A DNA stretch of 64,000 bases. Source: the human T2T-CHM13v2.0 reference genome, Homo sapiens. The stretch is taken from assembly GCF_009914755.1 (NCBI RefSeq), contig NC_060932.1; one strand, 5' to 3'. This document shows positions 12,880-30,076 of the stretch, piece by piece. The translations under genes were made by a program, and so were the position numbers. Position 1 is the first letter of the stretch. Each line of letters opens with the position of its first letter. The notes beneath the pieces were generated by a model. It was given only the letters and a program-made list of their open reading frames with translations. It was not told the origin of the DNA and searched no databases.

Positions 12880-15800
12880 TTAGGCCTCATGAGTCAAAAG
12901 GTCTTTTTAGGATATAAAGGCATGCAAATGTGCACTTTCTGTAAACTGGGCAGAACTAGTCCATGGTTGGTGGTCTTTTCTCGGGAGAAACTTACTGGAA
13001 TTAATATTTTATTTAATTAAAGCTACAGTTGCTTGTGCAATAAGGGGCTGTGGGGCAGTTAACTTATTGACTGCTAGAGAAAAAGAAAAAACATATGGCA
13101 GTTAGAACATAGAGAAAAAGAAAAACCATATGGCAGTTAGAACATAGTTTATTCTTTAAGTGTAGGAGCCTGTGACTTACCCCTGCCTGGCATGGTCTTA
13201 GGTCCTGTTTATAATTTTGTGTTTTGTTACAACAAGCCTTTTCTGTCAACCTTATGATCTCCATTTTAATGTTAATGCTGATCAGTTGTGTCTAAATCAA
13301 AAAAAGTGAGGAAAGGTATAGTGAAACTTGTCTGACTCTTTTCTTGCTGTCATGGCCTGAACTGGTTTTTTAGGTTTCTTTGGGATTTCCTTTAGCCAAG
13401 ATAAGGGGTCCATTCAGTCTGCTGGGGGACTTAGAATTAATTTATTTTTTGTTTATATTCTCCCTTTTTTGTCAAAGTATACCAGAGGCAGTGCTGATGG
13501 CCAACCTTCTATTTTGTCCCATATCAATGCTGAGGTGGTGTGATACCTGCCCCTGGTCCATCATACACCTTGGTGGAATCCTTATGGCCAAGGACCTTAG
13601 AGTCAAAAGAATTAAAGCCAATTAAATGCTCTAAGCAAGACAGGCATGAAGGTGGGAAGGCACTCATTAATCCTTAAAACCCTTTTAATCAATATAATAG
13701 GCAAAATCCAGAAGCCAAAAAATAAGGTCATAAAGTGGACTTATCTATAAATTCTGTGCATTTAGCTACTGTGATGTGATCTTGGCTTGTAGAAATTAGC
13801 TGTCCAAAACACAAATAGTTTGTTCAGCTGTTTAGGCATCTGTGTGCCCATCCCTGACTTGGAGGGTCTGAATAAATTTGTATAGCTTTGATAAGCCCCA
13901 GCTATAAATGAGAGACTTAATTTAGGATTTGATCTTCAAGATGTTTGTCAAAGATGTTAAAAGGCTCAAAATATATTATTGCAACAGAAACATAGGTCAT
14001 TGTAAAACAATAGTTACTCATTTAACCCAAGTAATAATCAAAAGACTTTAAAGGCAATACAGGAGGTTACATAGATGTAAAACATTAATTCTTTTAAATA
14101 TCAGTTTTTTAAGGAATTAAAAACCTAATAAAGAGTATAGGAATTATTTTGATAAAACCTAAAATGTTGTCTCTTAAGCGAGTTATCAGAAAGGCAAAGA
14201 AAAACCTGCAATGTGACTGCTTCTTATGGGAAGCCCATTTACATAACCTGAAAATTAAATCTGATGAAAAAGTACTTGAATTTAATCAGACATCAGAAGA
14301 TTGTGTTAAGATTATGAGTATAGCAGGGGAATATATAATTCTTAGTAACTGCATAAGAAGTTTTCTGATTACATTCAAAAATTTAGACATATCAAGAAAA
14401 GCCAAGATGACAAAATCAGGTTATACTGGAGGAAAACATTGCTTTTCTAGACCCTCGAGATAAAATGTTTTCACATCAGGCCACAACAATAGTTACAACT
14501 GGAGGAAAAAACTTACAGAAGCTGATGAAAAAGCTGAAGGAAAGAGTCACCTCAAGCTTTCTCAAGGAGAGAAAAAGCTAAAAACAGTGTGACACCACAG
14601 AAGCTGAACTTCTGAGGTATGATTCTGAGAAGTTTTCAAAACAGGATATAAAATTAAAAATCAAAATCTGAATTTTATTAAGAGCCAATTAATATCTTAA
14701 GAAAATCTCATTATAACACAGGGGACCAATCTTATAAAGACCATTATAACTAGTTCCCTTCTAATTATAGTCAACTGAATTATATACAAAACTTCTTTTA
14801 TAATTTTTCTTTCATGAACCTTGTCACAGCTTACATAGACCATTTATGACATGCTTGGACTTTCTGACTTGTATTACATTTTCCTCTTTTCTACATAACC
14901 AGTAATTTTATTTTAAGACAAGAATTTATCATTCATATAAACTCTTTTTTCATATAAAATTATTATCTTTTCTTTATAACCTTTTTATTTAAAATATATT
15001 TTATATTGATAACTTTCTTTATATCTCTCTCCCCTGCTTACTGGTTTATTTTTACCTTTTTTAAATAAGTAACTTTAAAATAACCTCCAAATTATATAAA
15101 AGTATTCTTTTTTAACATAAGAATACAACTTACAGAATTATATATTAACTAGAATTATTAATTTTAGTAACCTTCAATTTTAGTAAAAATTTAGGGGGTA
15201 AGAAATCCTGAACTATTTGTCAGATGTTAGCATTTTATAGATTAAGCCATTCCACTATTTTAGAAACAATTTTCCTACATCATAATATTTTCTTAATTGG
15301 GAATGACTGAGACATCCAAGGAGCACTTATTATTTAATTCAAAATAATTTTAAGATTTAAAATTATACAAAAAGTACACTTACAAGTATTTATGTCATTA
15401 ACATGTACTCAATTTTTCCATTTTTACCAGTTGATCTAGATTACTTTTGAAAACTGTCATATTACACAAAGCTAGTCATTATTTAAAGTTATTTCCCTGT
15501 TAACCATTTTTAAAATCTGAACATTAGGTGAACACCTAAGTAAGAAACTTAAGCACGTGTGTATTTTGCTGATAACTCAGAAGATTCAGCTGTTTTTATT
15601 GAACCAACAATCATAAATTAGTCTTATTTGTAAAAAAAAAAAAAAAAAAAACTCATATACACAAAGATTACTCTGTTTTTGGCTGGGTCTCACAACCTTT
15701 ATGCCAAAACATTGATACCTTAAACATTTAGCAAAGGCAAATATAAAACTTATTTATCCAGACACAAATGTATGCCCATGCTTCCAAAGGCATTTTTTAA

Positions 15801-17487
15801 AATTTTATTAATAATTATAGTTAGAAACTAGTTTTATTTATCAAAGATTCATGTGAATGAAAAGCATTTGGACTTAATTTATGAGTACTCATTTACTTAT
15901 AAGCCAATTTGGTAGCATACTAAATATGAAACAGAACATAATACATGTATATTACATAAATACATCTAATCGCATGTATACATGTGTGCACAAAGATCCA
16001 ATAGCTTTTACCTTGGAACTCTAGCCATGAGATAGCATCACAAACTCATTGACTTATAAAAGATAGCTGGCTCCAAGTTATTTTTCTGACAAAATTGGAA
16101 CCTCTTCACATAGCTAAACTTTGTTTGCCCTGATAGGTAATCCAAGGAAAGTTTTGAACCAAAATTTTAAGTAAAGCAGCCTCTATGGCAATTTGTGGGG
16201 TTTTTTTAAACTTGAGAAAAAAAACTCTTTTACCTTTTTTTTCCTTTTCAGTTTCAAACAAGTTTCCAATGTTTACATTCTAGATAGACCATAAGTAATG
16301 AGTCTTAGCACCAGCAGCTTAGTAACAGCAGATTTAAAGCAGGTAGAAAGAAAACAAGATAGAGAGCTTTAGAAGATTCCACTTAACTCTCTAGTTACAG
16401 ATTCACCATTTGAGCTCTGAATTTTTCTTGCTTTAATTTGTCTGTCAGTTCAAAATGGGCATAAAATAGGCCATACTATGTAACCAGCTGGAGTCTTAAA
16501 GAGGATGACAAACTCGGGCTAAGATGTTGGAAGCTGTTTTTCCCCTTCAGGGCTGGTGTCCCTGGATTGAATAAGAAAAGCGAAAAAGAAAGGAATGGAG
16601 AGAAGAAAGGAGGTCAGGTTTTACAGAAGAGAGGATGAAAGAGAAAGGTAGGAGAAGAAGCTTTTGAGCCACCTCAAGGTTCAGGGTCAGTACCCCCCAC
16701 CATCCTACTTTATCTCCTGTCAGAGAGAGCCTCAGCACCCCACACCTACATGGTATGGGGTGAATCCCTCTCATCTCTGCAAGTCACCAGTTAAGGTGAA
16801 CTATTTCCAGGTGGAGGGAGCTAAGGATGCTTTTGGCCCAAAGGAGTAAGGCTGTAGGTGGCTCCTGAGATAATCTGGAGAATGAAGTTGGAAGAAGGGG
16901 AAAGAGAGAGAGTAGGGCCCACACACAAAGGTCACACACTCACACATACAAACAAGTGGCATACCTCCAAAAAATCCCCAGGTAAAGGGCTGGGTAGATT
17001 CCCAAATGTATCACCTCAGTTTCAAACAGTCCCCCCACCCCCAAAAGTCAGCTGAGTCTGAACCAACCAAAACCCCAAGGGTACCACAAATACAAACAAA
17101 TACAAATGCATAAAACACTCAAATGGTATCCCTAGCAGCCGAGTCTAAATAGAGAAGAGCCCCAGTGACAACCTAAAAGAGGCAGAGGATAGTTGAGTGC
17201 ATTCCAACTAACTCACTTAGTTCCAAAGTTTGTTGACTTCTCCAGTGGTCACTTTCTTTGCACCAGAGAAGCATTGAAGGCAGCAGGCACTGCAGCAGGA
17301 AGAGAAAGAGGATCCACAAGACAAAAGCATCTTGGCAGCTGCAGAGAAATTCCCTAACGTTCCAGCCATGGGGTCAGCCATGAGCAGCCAGCATTCACAG
17401 GCATCCCTATGCCCCATCATACAGAAATTAGACTGGCAGGCTGGAGACTCCGGAGCACACAGCAATCCCCATATGGGCCACCAAAAT
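12880..17487 (-). mobile_element. Non-autonomous MER4-group ERV1 internal region
   Basis: Lies between two homologous LTRs; AT-rich with no intact gag/pol ORF; PBS adjacent to right LTR. Confidence 0.75.
17466..17483 (-). other. Retroviral primer-binding site, tRNA-Ile type
   Basis: TGGTGGCCCATATGGGGA, 4 nt from LTR end; equals complement of tRNA-Ile(AAT) 3' end TGGTGGCCCGTACGGGGA with two CpG-decay changes. Confidence 0.8.
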
Positions 17488-18115
17488 TGTAACTAAATGC
17501 AGATCTGGCCACTTGCTGCTTGCAGAGCCCAGTAACAAGAGTGAGGTATAATAAAAACTAAGTGAATTTATTTACTAAAACTAATAATGGAGAAGTAGCC
17601 ACATTCACATCCAAAGTAACCACTTCATACGTTAGGGATAGGGGTTTAAAAAGAGGAACTTGGAATGGGAGGCATGTGGGAAGGGTACTGAGTACGAGGT
17701 CTGTATATCTTGTCCCAGTGGCTGTTTCTAGCCATGATCCTCCTGAAATGCAGGCTGGCATCATCTCAGCAATAGCCAGATTGATGATAACAGCCTTCAT
17801 GTAATCTCTGGAAACTTGCAGATGGGTCTCTAGGCATGGTCTGTTTTAAGGCTAGCACCTGGGACTTCTAAATAAGCTGATAATGAGTAAAAGTATACAG
17901 TTAGATAAATGTGCATGGTGTAAGGGAGTGTATGGTGAGAGAGGCATGTGGTGTTTCAAAGAAAGTATATTTCAAGGCTATAGCTTAAGACTAAAGAGGA
18001 GAAGAAAAGGTTTCCACAATATGCTTAAGGGTTACATTTTGAGACTAGGGAAAAAAGGGAAAAGGGGGAAAAGTTTTAAAATGCACTTTTAGGCTAGACT
18101 CTTTAGCCTAAAACA
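17488..18115 (-). mobile_element. ERV1 (MER4-group) 5' LTR
   Basis: TG...CA termini (tgtaac...aaaaca), ~628 bp, adjacent PBS. Confidence 0.85.
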
Positions 18116-18429
18116 ATGACATTATTATTCCCATTTCACAGGTAACAAAACAGGTTAAATTTATTATTCATACACTTAACAAATATTGAACATCTTGTAT
18201 GAGCTAGGCTTTATTCTAGAAATTTGGTATTACTAATTTTAAAATGGATAAAATTCCTATCCTCGTGGACTGACATTCTAATAAGAAACTTCTCATTTAT
18301 TACAAGACATAAGAAATTAGTAATTAAAATTATATGTTAGAACTTGATACATTCTTTAGAAAAAAGAAAAGGTAGAACAGTGTAAGGAAGATCTGACTGC
18401 TGGAGTGACAGCAGGGAAAGTGTAGCAAT

Positions 18430-20950
18430 ATTACTCATGTCATGTTTCTGGCTTAAATTCTACTTTATCTGCAACAGGATTCCATCCCTGCCTTCCTGTG
18501 TATTATCTTGTCTGTTAAACCTTTGCTCATTCCTTTATGTTTAGCTTTTTGAATCATTGTGTTCCAAGTTTGTCTTTTTTTTTTCTTTTTTTCTTCTTCT
18601 TATTATTTTTTTGAGACAGAGTCTTGCTCTCTTGCCCGGGCTGGAGTGCAGTGGTTCAATTTTGGCTCACTGCAACCTCCACCTCACAGGTTCAAGCGAT
18701 TCTTGTGCCCCAGTCTCCTGAGTAGCTGGGATTACGGGTATGCACCACCACACCCAGCTAATTTTTGTATTTTTAATAGAGACAGTTTCCCCATGATGGC
18801 CAGACTGGTCTTGAGCTCCTGGCCTCAAGTGATCCACATCCCTCAGCCTCCCAAAATGCTAGGATTACAGGCATAAGCCACTGCACCTGGCCAAGTTTTT
18901 CCTTTGTGTATAGCATAGAATTCAGTTTTGCTTTATAAGCCAAATTGAAATTTTATTATTATTATTAAATGAATACATCCTAATCACATTTAGGATGTGA
19001 CTAATATGTTGGGTCTCAATTGTCATGGTATCTTATGTTGTAATTACTGAATATATTATTTTTACTGTGTTTTCCCCCCACTATGTTGTGTTTTTGTTGT
19101 TGTTTACATCATTTAACTTGTTTATACTACATTTTAACTTGTTTATACTATATATTTATACTATATTTATGAAGATTTCTATTCCAGCTCTAGTGGTTAT
19201 TTTTGGTTTAATATTTTATATAGTAATCTTAATTTTTCTGTTTCTGTTTTCTCCATTTTAAAATTTTTACAATCTCTTCTGTCAATTTTAATTGGTATCT
19301 TTCAAATCCTATCTAAGACATGGACAATAGTTAATGAAATGATTCTACTTTCCTTTCTCCTTTTCCATGTTTTCTTTTTTAAGTTTTATTTTTGTGAGAA
19401 TATATTATGTTTACATATTATTCTTTTACCCAAGATTAAGACTTTGTAGTCTCAGTTCTTTGTCTTAGGTCTGCTAGTAAAAATATGAAATACCCCCAGT
19501 CCTTTGGTCAGACTTGGTTGGATGAAGCTCATCCTCTAGCAGATTCCTTTGAAAGGACACATAAGTGTGTGTTTTGCACATTCAAAACTTTTTTCTATTC
19601 CTTTCACACTTCAAGGACTTAGCTGATGTCAGAATTTCTAAATTTCTTGAAACTTCTGCTTCATGTTGGTTTTATTTTTGAGAGGTCTGATTGCCTGTCT
19701 ATTCTCATGCTTTTGTACCTTGTCATTTCATTTCCTGGAGACCCTGAGGATACTTTATGTTTTTTTAAGTCTAATAGTTTTACTTGAGTATGGTTTGGAA
19801 TTGCTCACACCAGTTCAATTTTCCTTAATACATCCTTTCAAGATGCAGATTCAGGTCTTCTTTTGTTTTCTGGAAAGTTTCCTTGACCTATAGTTTTAAA
19901 TATTAGTTCTCTTTCATGGTTTTGGTTTTCTTAGTGAAAGGCTCCAGATATGCAAATCTCGGACATCCTTTACTTAGCTTCCATTTCAAGCATCTTCTCT
20001 CTGACCCTTTTTCTTTTATTTTTTTTTAAATAAAAATGTCATTTACATTACCCTGGTTGTTTTTCTCTTTATTCAATACCCTTTATAAAATTGTCATTTG
20101 AATTCATATTTTTGGTCATTTTGTAACTTACTTTTCAATTCTGATATTTAATTTTTTTATTTCTTTCTTGGGTTCAATTGATTCTCATTTTATTTCTTCC
20201 TGTTTTTGTCCTTTGCTGCTTTCAGTGTTTATCTTTCTAATTCAGCATACTTTGAAAAAATTTCCAAATGCTCATTTGAGGATATTTAATTTAGTTTGGG
20301 GGATTGTATTATAGGTCTCTTAAGTTCTTTGGTTGGTTTTATGGGAAAAATTTTCATCAGCTGAAATGCGTCAATTCAATTTAAGTGATTTTTCAAAATA
20401 GTTGTGTGTGGATGTGGTCTGATTTTTTTTCTATGGCTATACTCTTCATAAATTGAGAGTGCCCACTTCTTTCAGTTCAGCCCAAATCTGTGTAATTTCT
20501 TTTATGAATGGTGTTTTGATTGCAGTGTTGTGGGCGGAGGGATTGGAGTGTTTTATTCCTTTTTGTTTTCTTTGTTTCTTTCCTTTCCAACTTCATACAT
20601 CTGACTTCCCCCTTCCATCTACTGTCAATAACTCCCTGCTGTTGCCACTTCTGGCACCACTTACTTTCGCTAAACCCAGTGTTAGGAACCACCAAGTTCT
20701 GACCTGTGTTCAGCATTTTGGTATTTGTATTGAACTTTCTCACTTTGATGATGATTTTGTTTGTGTTTTATCTAATTCATCTAGAATCCTACTCTTTTTT
20801 AGTTCTTAAGTTTCCTCTCCTTCTTTCTCCACACCCACAGGCAATGGAAATACTTCCTAGTGCTCCTGGATGTGTGAATCATCTGTGGTTTTGTTTGTTC
20901 CCCTTGTTGGTTTTATAGTTTTTTGGGAGAAGGATCAATGGGGAGATTCA
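18430..20950 (-). mobile_element. Highly degraded old L1M sequence (Alu inserted)
   Basis: T-rich antisense-L1 character (ttaaattctactttatctg..., catcctttcaagatgcagattcaggtcttc...). Confidence 0.5.
18574..18892 (-). mobile_element. Alu (AluJb/Sz-like)
   Basis: Full dimer; cctggcctcaagtgatcc; flanking ccaagttt repeat. Confidence 0.95.
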
Positions 20951-23050
20951 AGCTCAGGACGCCAACCTTGTTCTCCAAGCCTATAGGTCTTTAAGATCTG
21001 GAGGTGAACAGAGAAGATGTTAATGAGAAAGTTATATTAAACAAAGCCTTGAAAAGGATTAGAAAGTTGTGCAGTGGGATATTGGATGGGGATGCATTTC
21101 AGGCAGAGGAAACAGCATGATGGTCTTGAGGTGTAAGCATCTCTGGCATGTTTGCGGAACAGAAATGAGGGGAGCTGGACTATGGATGTGCAGGTGAATA
21201 TGGAAAAGAAGAGTAAGATGAAAGGTCAGAGAAGTAAGAGGGTGATGTGTATTTGTAAGGACTGAATAAACATGCCTGAAGATAGAAATTGGAGAAGGTG
21301 GTATTCAAATCTATCTACATGATTTCACACCTTGTGTTCTTTTCACAACATAATGTTGCAATTCATAAAGAGATTTTATTAAGTTAACCTATAATGAAAT
21401 ATAACCCAGAATATGCAGTTTTGGAGCTCACAAAAGAATCTTCTAGTGTGAGAGAATGATAGGTCTTTGTGGACTCAATTTATTATCTCTAGTATTTACC
21501 TTTCCCTTGAAGAGAACTGATAAAACTCCTGGTGTCATGAAGCTTACATTCCATGGAGGGAGATACACAAGAAACAATATGTAAGTAAAAGACACAGTAT
21601 GTTATGGTGATCATTATTAAACAGGAAAGAAGGATAACGAGTGCTGGAGAGATGTTCAGAATTTTAGGCAAGACAGCTATGAAAGAGCTTACTGAAAAAG
21701 TGACATTTGAATGAAAATCCTGGAAGATGTGAGTTAGTGCAAGGTGCTTAATCATTTTGTACCTAATTTTCTCATCTGTAATTTGGGGAAGGATTACATT
21801 AAATGGTCCATGTCAAAGTATTTCCCTATACAGTAGTAGGTAATGGGTGCTCTTTGCATAGCTGTCTTTTCAATGTCCAGGTTTAAAGTTAGTACCACAG
21901 AATATTGTGTTAGGGACTCTCCAGCAGAGTGTAAATGCTTGAGCATGTGCGCACATGCGTGCACACACACACACACACGACATTGCCGCTTCATTCTGGC
22001 AAAGATCATTTTGGTCTCTGATTAAACATTCCAGTATATCACCTGTGGAGGTAGACTCCTGCAGACACATTAAAGCAAGTTTTCATTAGCAATTAGAAAA
22101 CATCAGATTCCACAGGTGCCACATAAATTTGCCAGTTTATCTTAATTCATCAACTGCTGTCAGCATCCATGGCTCAAGCTCCCCATCATAAACAAAAAAT
22201 GAGGAAGAAAAGTTTATGTTTTATTCATTCAGTACTAATTTGCATGTGGTTTGATTAGAAAGTAAAGCAATGCAGTCAGTAGATGGTGCCAGAGGGTTGC
22301 TTTTCACTGCAAGGCTAGAATTAGTTTGCTGAAGATAATCTTTTGTCCAATGATTCTGATTCCTTTTCCCTGGCCATGCTAAACATTTTTCACACGGGTG
22401 AACTATTAACATAAGAAAAATCTAAAACTTTAGAGTATATCCACATTACTATGCATGGAATAAATCATTATACATCTTATTAAAATATTTAAATGTATAA
22501 ATTTCAAAAGAGGAAAATATTTAATTCTCATGTTTTCTAATCATAAAAAGGATGTCTTAAGCATTTTGATGAAATTATTAATATATTATTTGAATTTATA
22601 TTCAATGCATTAAGTTGAATTATGAATATGTATGTGTATTATTTATATATGTATATATAAAATTTAAATAATACTATAATATCTTAACAAAAGTGATACA
22701 GGGAACACATGGTGGTTCCATCTACCTATCTGAGAAGATTTTCTCACCAAATCTTTTGGAGTTGTTTCTTCTGGAGGGAAAATGATAGTCTTATTTATCT
22801 ATCATCCCTTTAAGCATAACACCACATGGTGCTCATTCATAGAGTAAATATTTGTTAAATGAATTTCTCACAGTGATATCTTATTCTCAAGACCTCCCTC
22901 CCTTTGTGTTATTTTTATAAAAAGCTTATTAATCATATTCACTCATTTATTAGGTTCACATAAGGATTGCATATGTTGTCACCAAAACTCTTCTATAAAT
23001 CCCTTCAGGTTATAGACCATGTTAATCTTTAACTTTCTAAAATTTATTTA

Positions 23051-25095
<2,045 letters not shown>

Positions 25096-26599
25096 AAAAT
25101 TTATTTAGACCAATGCCTGGCAATAAGGATAGCATGATATGAATGCCATAACTATGAATAATACAGTTAATATAGTTAATAATTATACTATAATTAATAA
25201 CTTGTATGGAACCACAATATTAAATTTCTTATTTCTAGGCACAAGCAGTGAAGATAAAATACTTATGACTAAATTCAATCCTAATTATGAGACAAATAGG
25301 GAAATTTGCTGAAACACAGAAATTTACTTCAACCTCCAGGTTTTGGCAGCAATTAAATTTAGAGATAGAGGCAAATGTTTTCCATAGAATAAACACAGCA
25401 TTTGAATTTATTTGATCTTGAAAAGTTTAAAGTGTCAAAAATAAGTAACAGAATACATAAATATGTCATTTGATATACTTTACAGACTTTGGAATTGACA
25501 AAAGTTAAGGTGCTGATCAAAAATTATGACAATTTCATAAAACGTGTTATATGAAAAAAACTTAAGAGAAATAGACTTTTGAGAGAAAGTTGAGGAAATA
25601 AAGATAATTATTGAATTAGATTTGGAGCAAAGTAGGTAATGTATTGAGCCAATTGTTGGAAAGGAACAGGATGTCAGATTCTGTAGATAAAGCCTGTGAA
25701 AGAAAAGAGCAGATCAATTGGATTAGGATAATTTAAAAGAGTAGAAAAAACGTCCAAATATCTTGAATCTGAGAAAATGAGAATATTTCTACAAGTCTTT
25801 GCATAGTAAAGATCTTAGAATCTTTTGCCAGAATCCTCACATTTTTATTTGACATGAAAATTGAACATATTATTAAATCCAAAGGCCTAAAATGTCTCAT
25901 AAGGATTCCAGTCCCCTGTGATTGCACATAGGAATCTCAAGTGTAAGACACTTTGCTGTCAAATGTGTTTCTACAAGTAGGCACAGCACTGGACTATAAT
26001 TGTAAGAGGAGGGTAAAAATATAAATCTCTTCTTCCAAAGAAACTTTTGTTATCAAACTTAGCATTTTAAATCAATCAGTCTGATACCTAAAAACTTAGA
26101 AATTATCTCTCTATTATAAGGTTTGCTGTTCTAATAGTAAGCGTAATAGATACTATATTTGATGATTCCATCACTTCGATTGGTATGATTTTAGTTAAAT
26201 GATTGCACTATTATTTATGCCACAGGATGTTCAGAACCCCTGATAGTCTCTTTGATACTCACTGAGTAATGATAGTTTTATGCTGCTATGGCCTTAGAGT
26301 AACTTCACCCAGGAAAGTATTATAGCAATCCCCTTTCAATAACTTTTACAACAAGTGAACATATTTATTCCTATGTCCCTATCTGTGCTTAGATCCCATT
26401 TTTAAAATGGCTCTTTATTAGACATGTGTGTTTTTTCATCTGAATAAATCCTTGTAAACAACAGTGAGTTAGGTTTTATAACCCCACATTATGAATCTAA
26501 AACAGGCTGTATAATATGTTTAAGTCCATAAAGGGAGTAAGAGGTAAGGCTATGATTCAATTCTTGGTCTGCTTACCACCAAAACTTTTGTCCAATCTG

Positions 26600-26720
26600 T
26601 CTCTGGGGCCCATGTATTCTGGTTGTCTGGGACAGTTCTGATTGTTGCCTATCCGGCTTAGCATTTGTCCTCTTCTGAAATGTCTCATTTGGATGATAAA
26701 TTTTATGGTCACTCTAGACC
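26600..26720. mobile_element. MER94-like hAT DNA transposon relic
   Basis: ctggttgtctgggacagttctg...ggatgataaattttatggtcactcta. Confidence 0.45.
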
Positions 26721-27513
26721 ACACTAAGAAACCAGGATTATTTAATCAAGATTCAGACATTGCATCAATGTACTGGAAAACTAGAAATATGGTTTCTACT
26801 TTAAATGCTTAAAGAAAAATAGAGAACTTGGACATCTATTCAAGTTAATGTCTCCAGGATACTTGCATAAATCTCACTGTGTATACCAGTTAGTCCAATG
26901 CTAAAAACAACAAACAAACGAATGGGTTATGAAACTTGAGAGTGCGTACCAGAGTATAATATTAGAAATTTATGCATGCTGTACACATGCTTTCTTTAGA
27001 AAGAATTTGTCCCTGGGTAAGATTGATTAATAAAACTACTCTTCTTCAGCTGCTTTAAATTATATGCCACTTTTTAAAAAACCAATATTCAACAAAATAG
27101 GTTATTTCTAGTCAAAAGAGTTCTAAGAAAATATCAACATATTTATCTCTACATAAATATAGACAAGCTGAGGATGAGGGCAAAAAGCACCTACATGGCC
27201 CATAGAGCTACACATGCAATGCACGTACACACACACACATTCTGGACCTCACCTCCTACCTTTCTTTTGCTCATTCTGTTTCAGCCACAGTCAGTAGCTT
27301 CCTTGCTTTCCTGAAGCATATTAAGCTCCCTTCTCTCATAGGGCCTTTGCAATTTCCAGTCCCTCTATTTGGTATACTTTTCCCTCTCATTTCCCAATGG
27401 CTTCCTTCCTTCCTTCAGGTCTTTGCCAAAATGTCATCTTCTAGTAGAGATCTCTGATTAATTAAATTTAAACAGCAAAAGCCCCATTACCACACATCTT
27501 ACTTTTCCCCATT

Positions 27514-27632
27514 CCTCCATAAAACATACCTCCTGACATACCTCCATAAAACAGACCTTCTAACATACCTCCATAAAACAGACCTTCTAACATACCTCCA
27601 TAAAACAGACCTTCTAACATACCTCCATAAAA
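27514..27632 (+). repeat. 27-bp tandem repeat, ~4.4 copies
   Basis: Unit cctccataaaacagaccttctaacata at 27514 (variant), 27541, 27568, 27595, partial 27622. Confidence 0.95.
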
Positions 27633-27777
27633 TAAGGTGTGTTAGAATGTGTAAGTTCTATGGAGAATATTAAAGTAAAAATATTTTAACTTTTTTATCT
27701 TAATATTCTCTAATATAAAGTATTTTTACTTTAATATTCTCCATAGAACTTACACCTTCTAACATACCTTATTTTAT
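27627..27777. repeat. 57-bp inverted repeat with 37-bp spacer
   Basis: Arms 27627-27683 and 27721-27777, 2 mismatches. Confidence 0.95.
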
Positions 27778-28111
27778 ACTTATTTATTTCACTTATTCTC
27801 TGTCTGCCGCTCTGAAAGGTAAGCCCATTGAGAACAAGGTTTGTATTTTGTTTTTTGGTGGTGGTGGTGGTTTGTTTTGTTTTAATTTTTGTGGATACGT
27901 AGTATATGTATATATAAACACACACACACAAATATATATATACACACATAGTAGATATCCACAAAAATATATACATATATGTTACATATATATAGTGTAT
28001 ATATGTATCCACAAAAATTAACACAAAAGAAGCCACCATCACCAACATGTACATGTATAAAATTAAAACAAAACAAACCACCACCACCAACGTATATGTA
28101 TATCTCATGTT

Positions 28112-28114
<3 letters not shown>

Positions 28115-28167
<53 letters not shown>
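28115..28167. repeat. (TA)n microsatellite at L1 tail
   Basis: Direct reading. Confidence 0.95.
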
Positions 28168-29566
<1,399 letters not shown>

Positions 29567-30076
29567 TAGTGGGGAAGTGTTTGGGGTCTTTTTACTGAAA
29601 TATATACCACAGTGTCTGCCATACTGTATATCCTCAATGAATATAACTTGACAAATAGAATGAAAAAATAGATTGTGAATAAGCTGAATTTCAGCTTAGA
29701 GATGACAATTTGTCTCAATCGCTGGAAGTATGTTTCAGAAATTAAGAGTAGGATCCCCTGAATCAGCAACCTTGTTTAGTTACTTTTAAGATCTTATGCA
29801 TTACGGAGAACCAGCGATGGTTAATACCTTATGGCATATATCTCACCACAGCTGAAAATGATGCTACCTACTCGAAATGAATTTCATAATTTGCATCTTT
29901 CTCACAGTTACAGAAGGATATAGAAGGTAAGTTCATAATCAAAGTCAGTTATTTTTTGTTTGTTTTGTTTTGTTTTTATATGCAAGAGGACATATTTGCA
30001 GTATAACTGATTATAAAAGTACAAGACTGGTTTTTACCCTGATTGAGGGCACAGCTCAATTTCCTTTTAGTTATAC

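Larger units (their letters stand above)
27245..27855 (+). mobile_element. L2 3' region carrying local rearrangements; remainder resumes ~29585-29665
   Basis: L2-like ctgtttcagccaca...gggcctttgca...gtaagcccattgagaacaagg. Confidence 0.6.

Noticed and set aside
13079-13148. 35-bp tandem duplication (similar ones at ~5781-5820, ~19110-19150, ~57762-57788)
   Set aside because: Ordinary slippage duplications in or beside repeats
27514-27632. CRISPR-like array
   Set aside because: Head-to-tail units with no unique spacers, in primate DNA
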